A stretch of DNA of 64,000 bases from a virus, in the IMG/VR virus record IMGVR_UViG_3300034418_008897, positions 1 through 64,000 of that record; one strand, 5' to 3'. Position numbers and translations under genes: made by a program. Positions 20,834 through 29,956 of the stretch are shown piece after piece. Below the pieces are notes generated by a model that was given only the letters and a program-made list of their open reading frames with translations, was not told where the DNA came from and made no database searches. The stretch's first letter is position 1. Every line of letters starts with the position of its first letter.

Positions 20834-22849
20834 TTAAAAATCGTAACTTGTATCTTCATAAGTTGTACCTCCAACTAAAATGTTTGGTGCGTATGCTGTT
20901 CCGTAGGTTGTATCTGAAAAAGTATCTGCTAATCTAAACCCTGCTGCACCGTTTGTAACTACTCCAAAATTCATAACATCTTGTGCTGTCCCAGTATTAG
21001 ATGTTATTTGTAATGGTGCTAACCCATTTGCCACTTTTAAATATGGTTGTCCTTTTAATATGACTGTTGAAGTATCTGATTGCTTCCATATTAAACCTGA
21101 TTTTGAACCTGCTTGTGAGCATATAATCTTACCACCGTCTACAAACAGTTTACCACCAGCACTTACTTTTATTGCAGGTGTAGTTGTACTATTTTCAGTT
21201 CCAATTTTTCTAAAAAGTTCTATTGTACCACCATTAAGATTTACAGTTCCTGTTAAAACAGAAGTGTACCATTGACTATATGACCAACCTAAATAACAAT
21301 TACTTGGGATATTTAATGTACCTGCTAAATTACCTATAAACTTACAGAAAAATCTACCTGTAACAGTCATTTCACAACCTGCACCTATAGTAACTCCTGT
21401 ACAATTCTCCCCGCTAAAAGAGTCATAATTTCCAGAATTTTCAATATATAACTTACATGTACCACTTAATGATATACCTGATATACCATTTGCTATAGTG
21501 TTACTTCTCCCAGGTGTTATTATACCGATTGATGAACTTGCACCAATATAAGTACCTTGAAATGCAAGAACATTTACTAAACTATTATTGGTTATTGTAC
21601 CTATTGTTGTACCGCTAAATACAGCAAACCCAGTTGAACCTGAACCTGAGCCACCACTAACATTGATATTTGTATATCTTATATTACCGCTAAATACTGA
21701 ATCAGAGTAGCCATTGCCAGACTGTGCTTCTAGCGTAGTTCCGGACATATCACCTGTAAAATTCAATCCTGCAGTATAGTTGAATATATTAATACTTCCT
21801 ATTACTTTATCATTAACTGTTGCACCTGTTGATGTAGATTTAAAATCAAAAGCATTAACTGATGAAGGAGTTTGTGTTATACCCCAAGAATATAAATATC
21901 CCCTATTAATAGATATTCCACCAAGTAAGCCATATTTATTACCCTTCCAGTATATATTTCCATTAGTGTCAAACCATGCGATAGAACCTAGATTTGCTAT
22001 AAAATTAGGACAGTCTATGTTAATTGTATTAAAACTTTGTACACCGAAAAAGTATAATTGGTTACCTGTACCAATAGAGTAATAATCATGTAATGTAATT
22101 GATATGTCTGCTGTTCCTGATACTGAATTACTGTAATACAACACAGAAGAACTACTTGTCCCTTTTAAATATCCACCATTAACTTTAAAATTAACATTTG
22201 ATACGGATAATCTTTCAAACAATCTACCTGAAAATGCTATAGTAGAACTACCAAAATCATAACTAATTGCTTCTTTATACCAATTTCCAGTAGCAACAAA
22301 ACTACCGTTTAAAACTAACGTATAAGCCTTGTACCAAGTTAATGTTGTTCCTACAACAGTTGATGTAGTTGCTTTAGAAATTGTTATAGTGTTTAAATCG
22401 CCCCCCTCATTTCCCTTAGAAACAATTGTTGTACCATAAGCAACACCACTACCAACAATATACATACCTACTTCTAATGTAGCATTATCAGCATCTGAAA
22501 TACCACTAATAGTAGTATTAGTGTTAGTATTACCAGTAATAGTTGCTGTATTGTTAATTTGTGTTAAAGCGTATTCAGGTGTTAAGAAAGGTTTTGACAG
22601 ATCACCGCTAGTAGCCTCATCAACTCCACTTACTGAATCTACATATAAAATTTGAGCTTGTGAAGTAGATGTTTCAGGTGCATAAGCTCCTATTACAACT
22701 CCATTAGTATCTTTATAATTTACTATTTCTGTTGCTATATCATAAAAATAAGTGTCATTAGGAACACTAGCCCAGTCTGCTGAATCAGCTGTAGTATGAG
22801 TGTATTTAACACCCGCTACCATTTTTGTTGTTATTGCAGTTACTGCCAT
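20834..22849 (-). CDS. Tail spike, right-handed beta-helix (putative depolymerase)
   Basis: ILYVDSVSGVD...GDLSKPFLTPEYAL beta-helix entry motif followed by G/N/S/T/I repeats. Confidence 0.7.
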   Translation of the reverse strand: MAVTAITTKMVAGVKYTHTTADSADWASVPNDTYFYDIATEIVNYKDTNGVVIGAYAPETSTSQAQILYVDSVSGVDEATSGDLSKPFLTPEYALTQINNTATITGNTNTNTTISGISDADNATLEVGMYIVGSGVAYGTTIVSKGNEGGDLNTITISKATTSTVVGTTLTWYKAYTLVLNGSFVATGNWYKEAISYDFGSSTIAFSGRLFERLSVSNVNFKVNGGYLKGTSSSSVLYYSNSVSGTADISITLHDYYSIGTGNQLYFFGVQSFNTINIDCPNFIANLGSIAWFDTNGNIYWKGNKYGLLGGISINRGYLYSWGITQTPSSVNAFDFKSTSTGATVNDKVIGSINIFNYTAGLNFTGDMSGTTLEAQSGNGYSDSVFSGNIRYTNINVSGGSGSGSTGFAVFSGTTIGTITNNSLVNVLAFQGTYIGASSSIGIITPGRSNTIANGISGISLSGTCKLYIENSGNYDSFSGENCTGVTIGAGCEMTVTGRFFCKFIGNLAGTLNIPSNCYLGWSYSQWYTSVLTGTVNLNGGTIELFRKIGTENSTTTPAIKVSAGGKLFVDGGKIICSQAGSKSGLIWKQSDTSTVILKGQPYLKVANGLAPLQITSNTGTAQDVMNFGVVTNGAAGFRLADTFSDTTYGTAYAPNILVGGTTYEDTSYDF

Positions 22850-22851
22850 TT

Positions 22852-23133
22852 TTAAATATTATTAGATGTTATAAAATTATCTAAAACTGTTTTTTGTTCC
22901 GCAGTCATAGAATCGTAATCTAATTCTACAACACTTTCAGGAATACCCATTTTTATATTATAGAATTTTATTATTCTTTTAATCGGTTGATTAACATTAA
23001 TTGTTAATAAATCTTGCGTGTCCATAAAAGTAGATTCAAATGTAGTGTCATTAAAAGTTGTGCCTGCTTGTTGTTGCATATCAGCATCGTATCTATATAC
23101 AACATTTTCTATTATGTCAAATTTTTCTGTCAT
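22852..23133 (-). CDS. Small acidic protein (putative fibre chaperone)
   Basis: Follows the 423 aa spike; LDYDSMTAEQKTVLDNF. Confidence 0.5.
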   Translation of the reverse strand: MTEKFDIIENVVYRYDADMQQQAGTTFNDTTFESTFMDTQDLLTINVNQPIKRIIKFYNIKMGIPESVVELDYDSMTAEQKTVLDNFITSNNI

Positions 23134-24404
23134 TATATTAAAATATTACCTTGTGAATCACTTGTGTTTGTAATTGTCTGTGTTACATTTGCTGTATTAA
23201 CAGGTGTAGTTGAACCAATAAATGTGTTATTAGCGATTGCAGAAGTTGTTCCACCTGATGCTGTTAAACAGTATGCACTAGCATCAGAAACTTGTAGTAC
23301 ATTATTCTGAATATAGCAAAATGTTGCACCAACTGTACCACCAATTGCATGACCACCAGCATTTGCCCAACCAGATTTAATTGTACAATTTTGTATAGTT
23401 CCTAATCTGCCAGTTAATGCAACATTTGAAGTTGATTCTATAACTGAATTTCTTAATATACAAGAACCTGCAAAAAATGTATAATAACCAACACCTGATG
23501 AAGACTTTACATGGCAATTATCTAATTGACTAGACGAAGCACCATAATTACTTGTTGAAATGCCTATAGAATTTTTAAAAGCTCCACCACCTAGACCAGC
23601 ACCACTTGTAGATATACCGACAGAATTATACCCAAAATTACTAACAATACCACTTCCACTTGTTGAACGCCCTATACAATTAGATACAACACCATTACAA
23701 GTTATAGCTGTCACAGATATAGATATACCAGTACAATCATAACAATTACCAGTAGGGTTAGTTATACCTGAACCTGTACCATAACTTTCAGCAAAACAAT
23801 TATACATTGTAGAACTAACTGTTCCTGTTAATGCATTACCATATGCTCTAACATTTAATCCTTTAATTGTACATCTAACAACAACACCTGTACCATAGTC
23901 ATTATCACAATACACACTACTAAATTCAACAACAGATATATCAAAATTTGAATAAAAACAATAACCTGTTTCGCCTATTGCTCTCCCTGTTCTTAGAACA
24001 TTAAGATTTTTAACTTTACATCTTGTTGAATTAGGTACAGTAAAAGCATTAGTTGCATCATCAACACTTAAAGTGTATGTATGACCATTACCATTTATTG
24101 TAACTTCATTTTTTAATGTTATTGTAACACTACCAGTTTCCTCAACATCAGCAAACATTTCAATAGTATCGCCGCTAACTGCCGCAGCCATTGCAAGAGT
24201 TAATGTTGCATAATAAGTGTATTTACCATTTCCGTCAGATATACCAAAAACACCTGTAGGTATTAAAGTAGAAACTAAACCACTGTTAACACCACCATTA
24301 GCATCTACTCCTAATAGTTTTACTATAGGATCTGCAGAGTAATCTTGCTCTATTAAAGCAGTGTTTACTTTTAATAACCCTTTTATATATTTAACTAAAG
24401 ACAT
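23133..24404 (-). CDS. Tail spike, beta-helix with Cys/Gly/Ser repeats
   Basis: YATLTLAMAAAVSGDTIEM entry motif; repeated (N/D)(C/S)xGxSxSG turns. Confidence 0.7.
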   Translation of the reverse strand: MSLVKYIKGLLKVNTALIEQDYSADPIVKLLGVDANGGVNSGLVSTLIPTGVFGISDGNGKYTYYATLTLAMAAAVSGDTIEMFADVEETGSVTITLKNEVTINGNGHTYTLSVDDATNAFTVPNSTRCKVKNLNVLRTGRAIGETGYCFYSNFDISVVEFSSVYCDNDYGTGVVVRCTIKGLNVRAYGNALTGTVSSTMYNCFAESYGTGSGITNPTGNCYDCTGISISVTAITCNGVVSNCIGRSTSGSGIVSNFGYNSVGISTSGAGLGGGAFKNSIGISTSNYGASSSQLDNCHVKSSSGVGYYTFFAGSCILRNSVIESTSNVALTGRLGTIQNCTIKSGWANAGGHAIGGTVGATFCYIQNNVLQVSDASAYCLTASGGTTSAIANNTFIGSTTPVNTANVTQTITNTSDSQGNILI

Positions 24405-24406
24405 AA

Positions 24407-24664
24407 TTATAATTCTTTAAAATATTTTAGTATATTATCTTCTATATATAAATCACCTGGTAAAAATTTAGGCTTAATATCTAAAGTAATCTCTGAAGGA
24501 AAAATTATTTCTTTCTCACCTTCTAAAACTATCTCTTCCCCTAAATAGTTATATATAGTTTCACCAACAATAAAAGCTATTTGTAGTTCTTTATTTGCTA
24601 AATAATCTAATCCTTCCTCTAAAGAATTGAATTTTAATAATATTATGAATTCTTTTTCTAACAT
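24407..24664 (-). CDS. Small acidic protein (putative fibre chaperone)
   Basis: 85 aa ORF directly after the 767 aa spike. Confidence 0.45.
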   Translation of the reverse strand: MLEKEFIILLKFNSLEEGLDYLANKELQIAFIVGETIYNYLGEEIVLEGEKEIIFPSEITLDIKPKFLPGDLYIEDNILKYFKEL

Positions 24665-24665
24665 A

Positions 24666-26969
24666 TTAGTAAATTAAATCTGTTAATATTGTTATTTCTC
24701 CTAATAAATTTGTTATCGTATAATTTGTATTTACTAAAGTATTAGATGATATAACTGAATTAGTACCTGCATATTCTATGCCGTCCCCTGTATTTGAATA
24801 AATACTAGAGTTTAAAATCTGTAAATCTCCGTTGTTAGTTGAGTTTGTTAAAGTATTATTTGTACCTAAATTTACTATATTACTGTTTAATATTGCAACA
24901 TTTAAATATTTACCATCAGCTCCAACATTTACATCACTATTTAATTTTAAAACAGTATTTATAAAGCTTAAGCTAGATAAAGTTGTAGAAGTGTTGTTAT
25001 ACAATTCTGCTCCTGTCACTGTAGATTCTATATTAGAATTAGTGAACAAAGTAATAGATCCGTTTTTAGTGTCGGTTAAAGAAGCAAACTTACCTTCTAT
25101 ATTACCTTTAAAAATAACTTTATTATTTGCACCGAAATTTATAAATAAAGTATTTGTAGTATCAGTAGTACCTTCTACTTTAATATTACCTTCTATATTT
25201 ATACTATTATTAGAACAGTAACCAGATCCAAAAGCACCATTTGCGCAATGTACAATAGTTTTGCCACTTCCTGTGTTAGTTTTTAAAATTATATTTCCTT
25301 TGTAATTTATTACACTATTAGGGCCTATCATTTCAAAAAGAGAACCACCAAAACTATTTTCATAAGCTTCTTCTAAATCTCCGTAGATATTTAAAACAAA
25401 ATCTGATAAAGAAGATGGATCGAATACTTCAGTTATTACGCCATTACCATAAGTAGCTGTATTTCTATCAAAAAGTATTTTATCTATTTTTATATTTATG
25501 TTTTTATGTTTAACCTCTCTAAGCCTTATTAAGTTTTTAGTTAAGTTAGAACAATATTTACCTGTAAAATTAATAATAGAAGAATCAGAAAAAGTTGATC
25601 TTATATAAAAAGGGTAACCAAATCCTACTATACTAACATAATTATAATATCTTCTTTCCGTATTTATATTTATAAATACTTCAGCGTCAGTACCAGCACC
25701 CATAATAAAATACATAGAACCAGCTCCACCGTTACCGCCAGAATAACTAAAATATTCTTCTTGACAATTTATATTTAAATTGATAGAAGTAGCAGCAGTA
25801 TTACTTTTTACTATAGTAATAATATCATTATGGTCACTATATAAAGTTTTTAATTCTACATTAAAAGTATAACCACCGTCAGTAGCTGCGTCGCTAAGTA
25901 AAAAATAACCTTTACCGTTGCTACTATCAGGACCGTTACCATAGTTATAAAATTCTAAATAACCTTCTACAGTACAAGTTTCCCCTGAAACAACTCTACA
26001 ATCAAATAAAGATAAATTTTCCCCAGCAGAATTTTCGTTATGAATTTCTATTTTACAATTAGGTTCAAAGTAATAAGTAACTCCATCTTTCCATAAATCT
26101 ATCTCTGCTTGTCTTCCATTCCATTGATTAGAAGTAGAGTTTCTATTATCGTAAACAATAGTCTGAGAGAAAACATAAATTAAATCTCCTGAAGTAGCTG
26201 CAGTTTTAGCTGCGTATAAAGTAGCATAAGGGTAATTAATATTTCCTTTTTGTGCTAAAGAATTGTCCCCATTTTCAGAAACGTATAATATATTTCCTAA
26301 GTTTAAATATTTAAGATCTTTAAATACTATATTATCAGTATTAACTACAGGTAACTCTGTTATTTGTTCATAAATTCTACCTGTACTTTCTACTTTCCAT
26401 AATCTGAAATAAAACTCACTTGTTTTATTCGAGATTCTTGTTAATATCCAACCTTCAGTAGCTCCATCACCAATTCTAGTTAATTCATAATCCCCATTAT
26501 AAAATTGAGAGGTTTGATCTTTTACCAATACTTTCATACCTAAAAAAGGCGTTACACCTTGTAAAGTAGGGAAAATATCTGTTCCTAATGCATTAAGAGA
26601 GTTATTAGAAATATTAAAAGGGCCGATTAATTCCCCCACAGTCTCTACATCTACATAAGCTAAAGAAGGACTATAATTTGCTTCTACAAAATTAAAAGAT
26701 CTATTTGAATAGTCTATACCGTTAGCTTGTATATTAACTGGGTACGTAATACTAGCAGGTAAAACGCCTGTAGAAGATTCTTTCCAAATGTATTCTTGTT
26801 CTTCTTCTACTACATAAACTTTCATACCTTCATAATATCTAAAAGCCTCAAAATTTGAGGCCCCTAAATCAATTAATTCAGCTAAAGTATTAAATACTAG
26901 TCTATCATCAATAGGAGTTTGACTACCAACCCTCCAACCAGTAGATATAATTTTTTTGTTATCGTCCAT
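24666..26969 (-). CDS. Fibre/spike: PIDDR anchor + VLVKDQ domain + beta-helix
   Basis: GSQTPIDDRLVF; MKVLVKDQTSQFYNGDY; ILYVSENGDNS...YPYATLYAAKTAATSGDLIYV; Asn/Ile-rich beta-helix. Confidence 0.72.
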   Translation of the reverse strand: MDDNKKIISTGWRVGSQTPIDDRLVFNTLAELIDLGASNFEAFRYYEGMKVYVVEEEQEYIWKESSTGVLPASITYPVNIQANGIDYSNRSFNFVEANYSPSLAYVDVETVGELIGPFNISNNSLNALGTDIFPTLQGVTPFLGMKVLVKDQTSQFYNGDYELTRIGDGATEGWILTRISNKTSEFYFRLWKVESTGRIYEQITELPVVNTDNIVFKDLKYLNLGNILYVSENGDNSLAQKGNINYPYATLYAAKTAATSGDLIYVFSQTIVYDNRNSTSNQWNGRQAEIDLWKDGVTYYFEPNCKIEIHNENSAGENLSLFDCRVVSGETCTVEGYLEFYNYGNGPDSSNGKGYFLLSDAATDGGYTFNVELKTLYSDHNDIITIVKSNTAATSINLNINCQEEYFSYSGGNGGAGSMYFIMGAGTDAEVFININTERRYYNYVSIVGFGYPFYIRSTFSDSSIINFTGKYCSNLTKNLIRLREVKHKNINIKIDKILFDRNTATYGNGVITEVFDPSSLSDFVLNIYGDLEEAYENSFGGSLFEMIGPNSVINYKGNIILKTNTGSGKTIVHCANGAFGSGYCSNNSINIEGNIKVEGTTDTTNTLFINFGANNKVIFKGNIEGKFASLTDTKNGSITLFTNSNIESTVTGAELYNNTSTTLSSLSFINTVLKLNSDVNVGADGKYLNVAILNSNIVNLGTNNTLTNSTNNGDLQILNSSIYSNTGDGIEYAGTNSVISSNTLVNTNYTITNLLGEITILTDLIY

Positions 26970-27655
26970 TAGTAAACTAATTTATAGCGGTAAACAGCTG
27001 GTGTTAATGCTAGTTTTGAAACATATATTTTTCTGCTATTAGAAGCATCTACTATTGTATTAAATTCGCTTAATACACTAGAATCAGTATTATCTGAAAT
27101 ATCTAATAAAGTACCGAAAGAATCAGGTACTACAATAACAATTCTACCTGTATTAACTGCTGTAATAGTAAACAAATTAATAGACTGTAACTGAGATAAA
27201 TCCGTCAAAGTACCTTCTATAGCTGGTGTTAAATCTCCAGGAATAGTGATATCATCACCAGGTAGAGCTAATTGACCAACTAAAGTTTTAGCCAATACAG
27301 TTACATTTACTGTAGCATTAGTAGTAAAGTTAGAACCATTAGCATCTTGATAATCTATAATTAATGTATAAGTATAAACACCAACTGTAGTAGGCTCTGC
27401 AAGTAAAACATGGCTAATAGTATTACCAAATCCTGAAATTAAAGAAACATTAGAAGAATCTCTTAAATCCCAAGTAATGCTTACTCCATCATTAGGAGTA
27501 ATAACACCATCTATAGTAACAGAAATAGGAGTATCTGATTCATAATAATAGTCAGGTGTAGCTGTCAATATAGCAGTAGGTGCAGCAAAGCCACTCACGC
27601 TATTACTAGAAAAGCTATTATCTAAAATATTTTTTAATTGTCTTGCGCTAATCAT
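26969..27655 (-). CDS. Ig-like adaptor/structural protein, paralog of 29246..29944
   Basis: Beta-rich; C-terminal GRIVIVVP..FG.LLDISD resembles GRIYIVMP.GT.PIVSVTE. Confidence 0.55.
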   Translation of the reverse strand: MISARQLKNILDNSFSSNSVSGFAAPTAILTATPDYYYESDTPISVTIDGVITPNDGVSITWDLRDSSNVSLISGFGNTISHVLLAEPTTVGVYTYTLIIDYQDANGSNFTTNATVNVTVLAKTLVGQLALPGDDITIPGDLTPAIEGTLTDLSQLQSINLFTITAVNTGRIVIVVPDSFGTLLDISDNTDSSVLSEFNTIVDASNSRKIYVSKLALTPAVYRYKLVY

Positions 27656-27656
27656 T

Positions 27657-29204
27657 TTAAGAAAGTTTTTTTATAGTTAAAGTTCCACCATAACCTGACA
27701 TATTTTCAAGAGTAGAATAAGCCGAACCTAAATAACAAGATATAGCTTCTCTAGTAGTCATTTTTATTAGATATTTAACTGTCATAGTATAGTGTTGAGT
27801 GCCAGCCTCAGAAAATTGACCTGCAGGACTGTATATAGCTTTTAAACCAGAAAAACCTGCAGGATAAGCAGTAGAGCTAGTTATCACATCAGTAGATTTA
27901 ACTAAATTTATATAAAAAACCGGTTGAGCATCGTTAGTACTATAAAATTTACAATCATATTCTATTTCAAACAAAGTACCATTTACAGAGTCTACCCATT
28001 TAGGTTTAAAACTATAAGCCGAAGTAATTCCGTTTATAGTATCAAAATCAAAATAAGAATCTAAATTACCAGTTGCTGTTCTGCTAAACCTTAAAGCATT
28101 AACACTATCGTTGAAATCACCTACTGGTACTTGCTCTAAGGCATATTGAGTTACCATGTCTTTAGGAGACTCTATCATAAACCAATTTGAAGGATCTGAT
28201 CCGTTTAAACCTGCAGGTAACATCCATATACCAAAATTTAAAGGTTGGCCTATAGACAAGCCTTTTGATGGTGTCATATTAACATACCTATCTTCATTAA
28301 CTATAGTAGTTATTTCTGGAAATGGCGGCGATGGAGGTTGTGGCGGTGTACATAAATCAGCTAAAAAAGTAGCTGTATTTGATGCAGCTGAATTTAATCT
28401 TAAAGTACTCCAAGTTATAGAAATTTCATTTTTAGGATAAGGTTTTATAGTAATTATATCATTAGTAAGGTCTATTCTTTCACTAGGAGCAACAGTTAAA
28501 TTATTTTGTTTAGTTTCATTTAAAATTTTACCTTGATTAGCAGATAAAGCGGTATTAATAGAAGTACTAGTTAAACTATCTTCTACAACTAAGCTTAATA
28601 CTGTATTAACCCAGTCGGTAGACTTAATAAATTGAGTAGCTGAAACTTGTACTATAGCTGTGTCTTGTTTTTCAAAAGTAACAGATTCATTTCCTACAGT
28701 ACGACCTCTTAAATCCATATTGAAGCCATCTTCTATTACAATTTTACCTGTATTAGCAGATGTATAATCTTCATGCTTTAAAGTCAATGTTTGCCCTACA
28801 CCTGTAAAGAAAGTTAGTTTTACATCGTCTGGGAAATTAGTAATAGTTTGTACCGAAGCAGTTGTACCACCTACAATATTTACTAAAACAGAATCACACA
28901 GCTCTATACTAGGAGAAACTAAATTTAAATCTAAATTTGTAGTTAAAGGTGTTATATTTAAAGTACCAGTAACTAATCCCGCAGAAGATTGTTTTACCCA
29001 GATTAAAAACCCAGGATTATTAGGGTCTTCTTCTACTCTATAGTTAGAATTATCCTCTTGTACATATATAGTTGCCCCTAAAAATAGAAAATTATCAGGG
29101 GTCATAGGATTAGGTAAGTCTGCGATAAGAGCTAAAGGAGCTAATCTACTGTCTAAAGGACTAGCTTTTTTAAGGTCAAAATCGTTATATATTTCTGCAG
29201 GCAT
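27657..29204 (-). CDS. Fibre protein with PLDSR anchor
   Basis: FDLKKASPLDSRL; VEDSLTSTSINTALSANQGKIL is a common phage fibre repeat. Confidence 0.68.
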   Translation of the reverse strand: MPAEIYNDFDLKKASPLDSRLAPLALIADLPNPMTPDNFLFLGATIYVQEDNSNYRVEEDPNNPGFLIWVKQSSAGLVTGTLNITPLTTNLDLNLVSPSIELCDSVLVNIVGGTTASVQTITNFPDDVKLTFFTGVGQTLTLKHEDYTSANTGKIVIEDGFNMDLRGRTVGNESVTFEKQDTAIVQVSATQFIKSTDWVNTVLSLVVEDSLTSTSINTALSANQGKILNETKQNNLTVAPSERIDLTNDIITIKPYPKNEISITWSTLRLNSAASNTATFLADLCTPPQPPSPPFPEITTIVNEDRYVNMTPSKGLSIGQPLNFGIWMLPAGLNGSDPSNWFMIESPKDMVTQYALEQVPVGDFNDSVNALRFSRTATGNLDSYFDFDTINGITSAYSFKPKWVDSVNGTLFEIEYDCKFYSTNDAQPVFYINLVKSTDVITSSTAYPAGFSGLKAIYSPAGQFSEAGTQHYTMTVKYLIKMTTREAISCYLGSAYSTLENMSGYGGTLTIKKLS

Positions 29205-29245
29205 AATTTATTATTTGAATTTTTATATTAAAAATAACTCTATAT

Positions 29246-29944
29246 TTAAGAGAAATTTATTGTGAAGTATTTCAGGTTAGTACCAGTTAATTGAGTATCC
29301 CATTTTAAAATATAATAAGTAAAAGAACCACTGACTATAATATTAAAATCAGAAACAGGATAAATAATACCATTACTCTCTGTAACTGAAACAATAGGAG
29401 AAGTCCCTACAGGCATAACAATGTAAATTCTACCAAATATAGAATTTGTCATAGAAAAAGTTAAATTGGTATTTGCTTGTTTTGATAATCCTGTAATATC
29501 TGGAGTAAGTGAATTAGCTTTTACACCATAATACATAGGTAAAACAGCTGTCATAGTGTGGCTACCGTTTAATACAATATCTGGATCAACTCCATTTGAT
29601 AAAGTAACAGTTGTTGTAACTACAAAAGTAGAACCTACTGCGCCTAAAATAATTGTAGTCGATGCTCCTGTTAAAGTATCTGTACTTCCTATTGTATCAG
29701 GCGCTCCATTAGGATAACTGATTACGTGGCTGCTTGCTTGAACTGAGTAACCAGAAGGTATATTTACTACAGTAGAAGTATAAGCAATGCTCCCGTTATA
29801 GTTTTCTTCTAATTCGTTAACACCTAAAGAGTTAGTCAATACTACTCTAGGTACTACATTGCTACCGCCACCGCTACCACCGCTACCACCGCCGGCTTTT
29901 AGTATTAGTTCTGAAATTGTTAAATCATAAATGTTAGATTCCAT
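29246..29944 (-). CDS. Ig-like adaptor/structural protein
   Basis: GGGSGGSGGG linker, Thr/Ser/Val-rich beta domain, PMYYG motif. Confidence 0.55.
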   Translation of the reverse strand: MESNIYDLTISELILKAGGGSGGSGGGSNVVPRVVLTNSLGVNELEENYNGSIAYTSTVVNIPSGYSVQASSHVISYPNGAPDTIGSTDTLTGASTTIILGAVGSTFVVTTTVTLSNGVDPDIVLNGSHTMTAVLPMYYGVKANSLTPDITGLSKQANTNLTFSMTNSIFGRIYIVMPVGTSPIVSVTESNGIIYPVSDFNIIVSGSFTYYILKWDTQLTGTNLKYFTINFS

Positions 29945-29956
29945 TGTTCTATTTTA

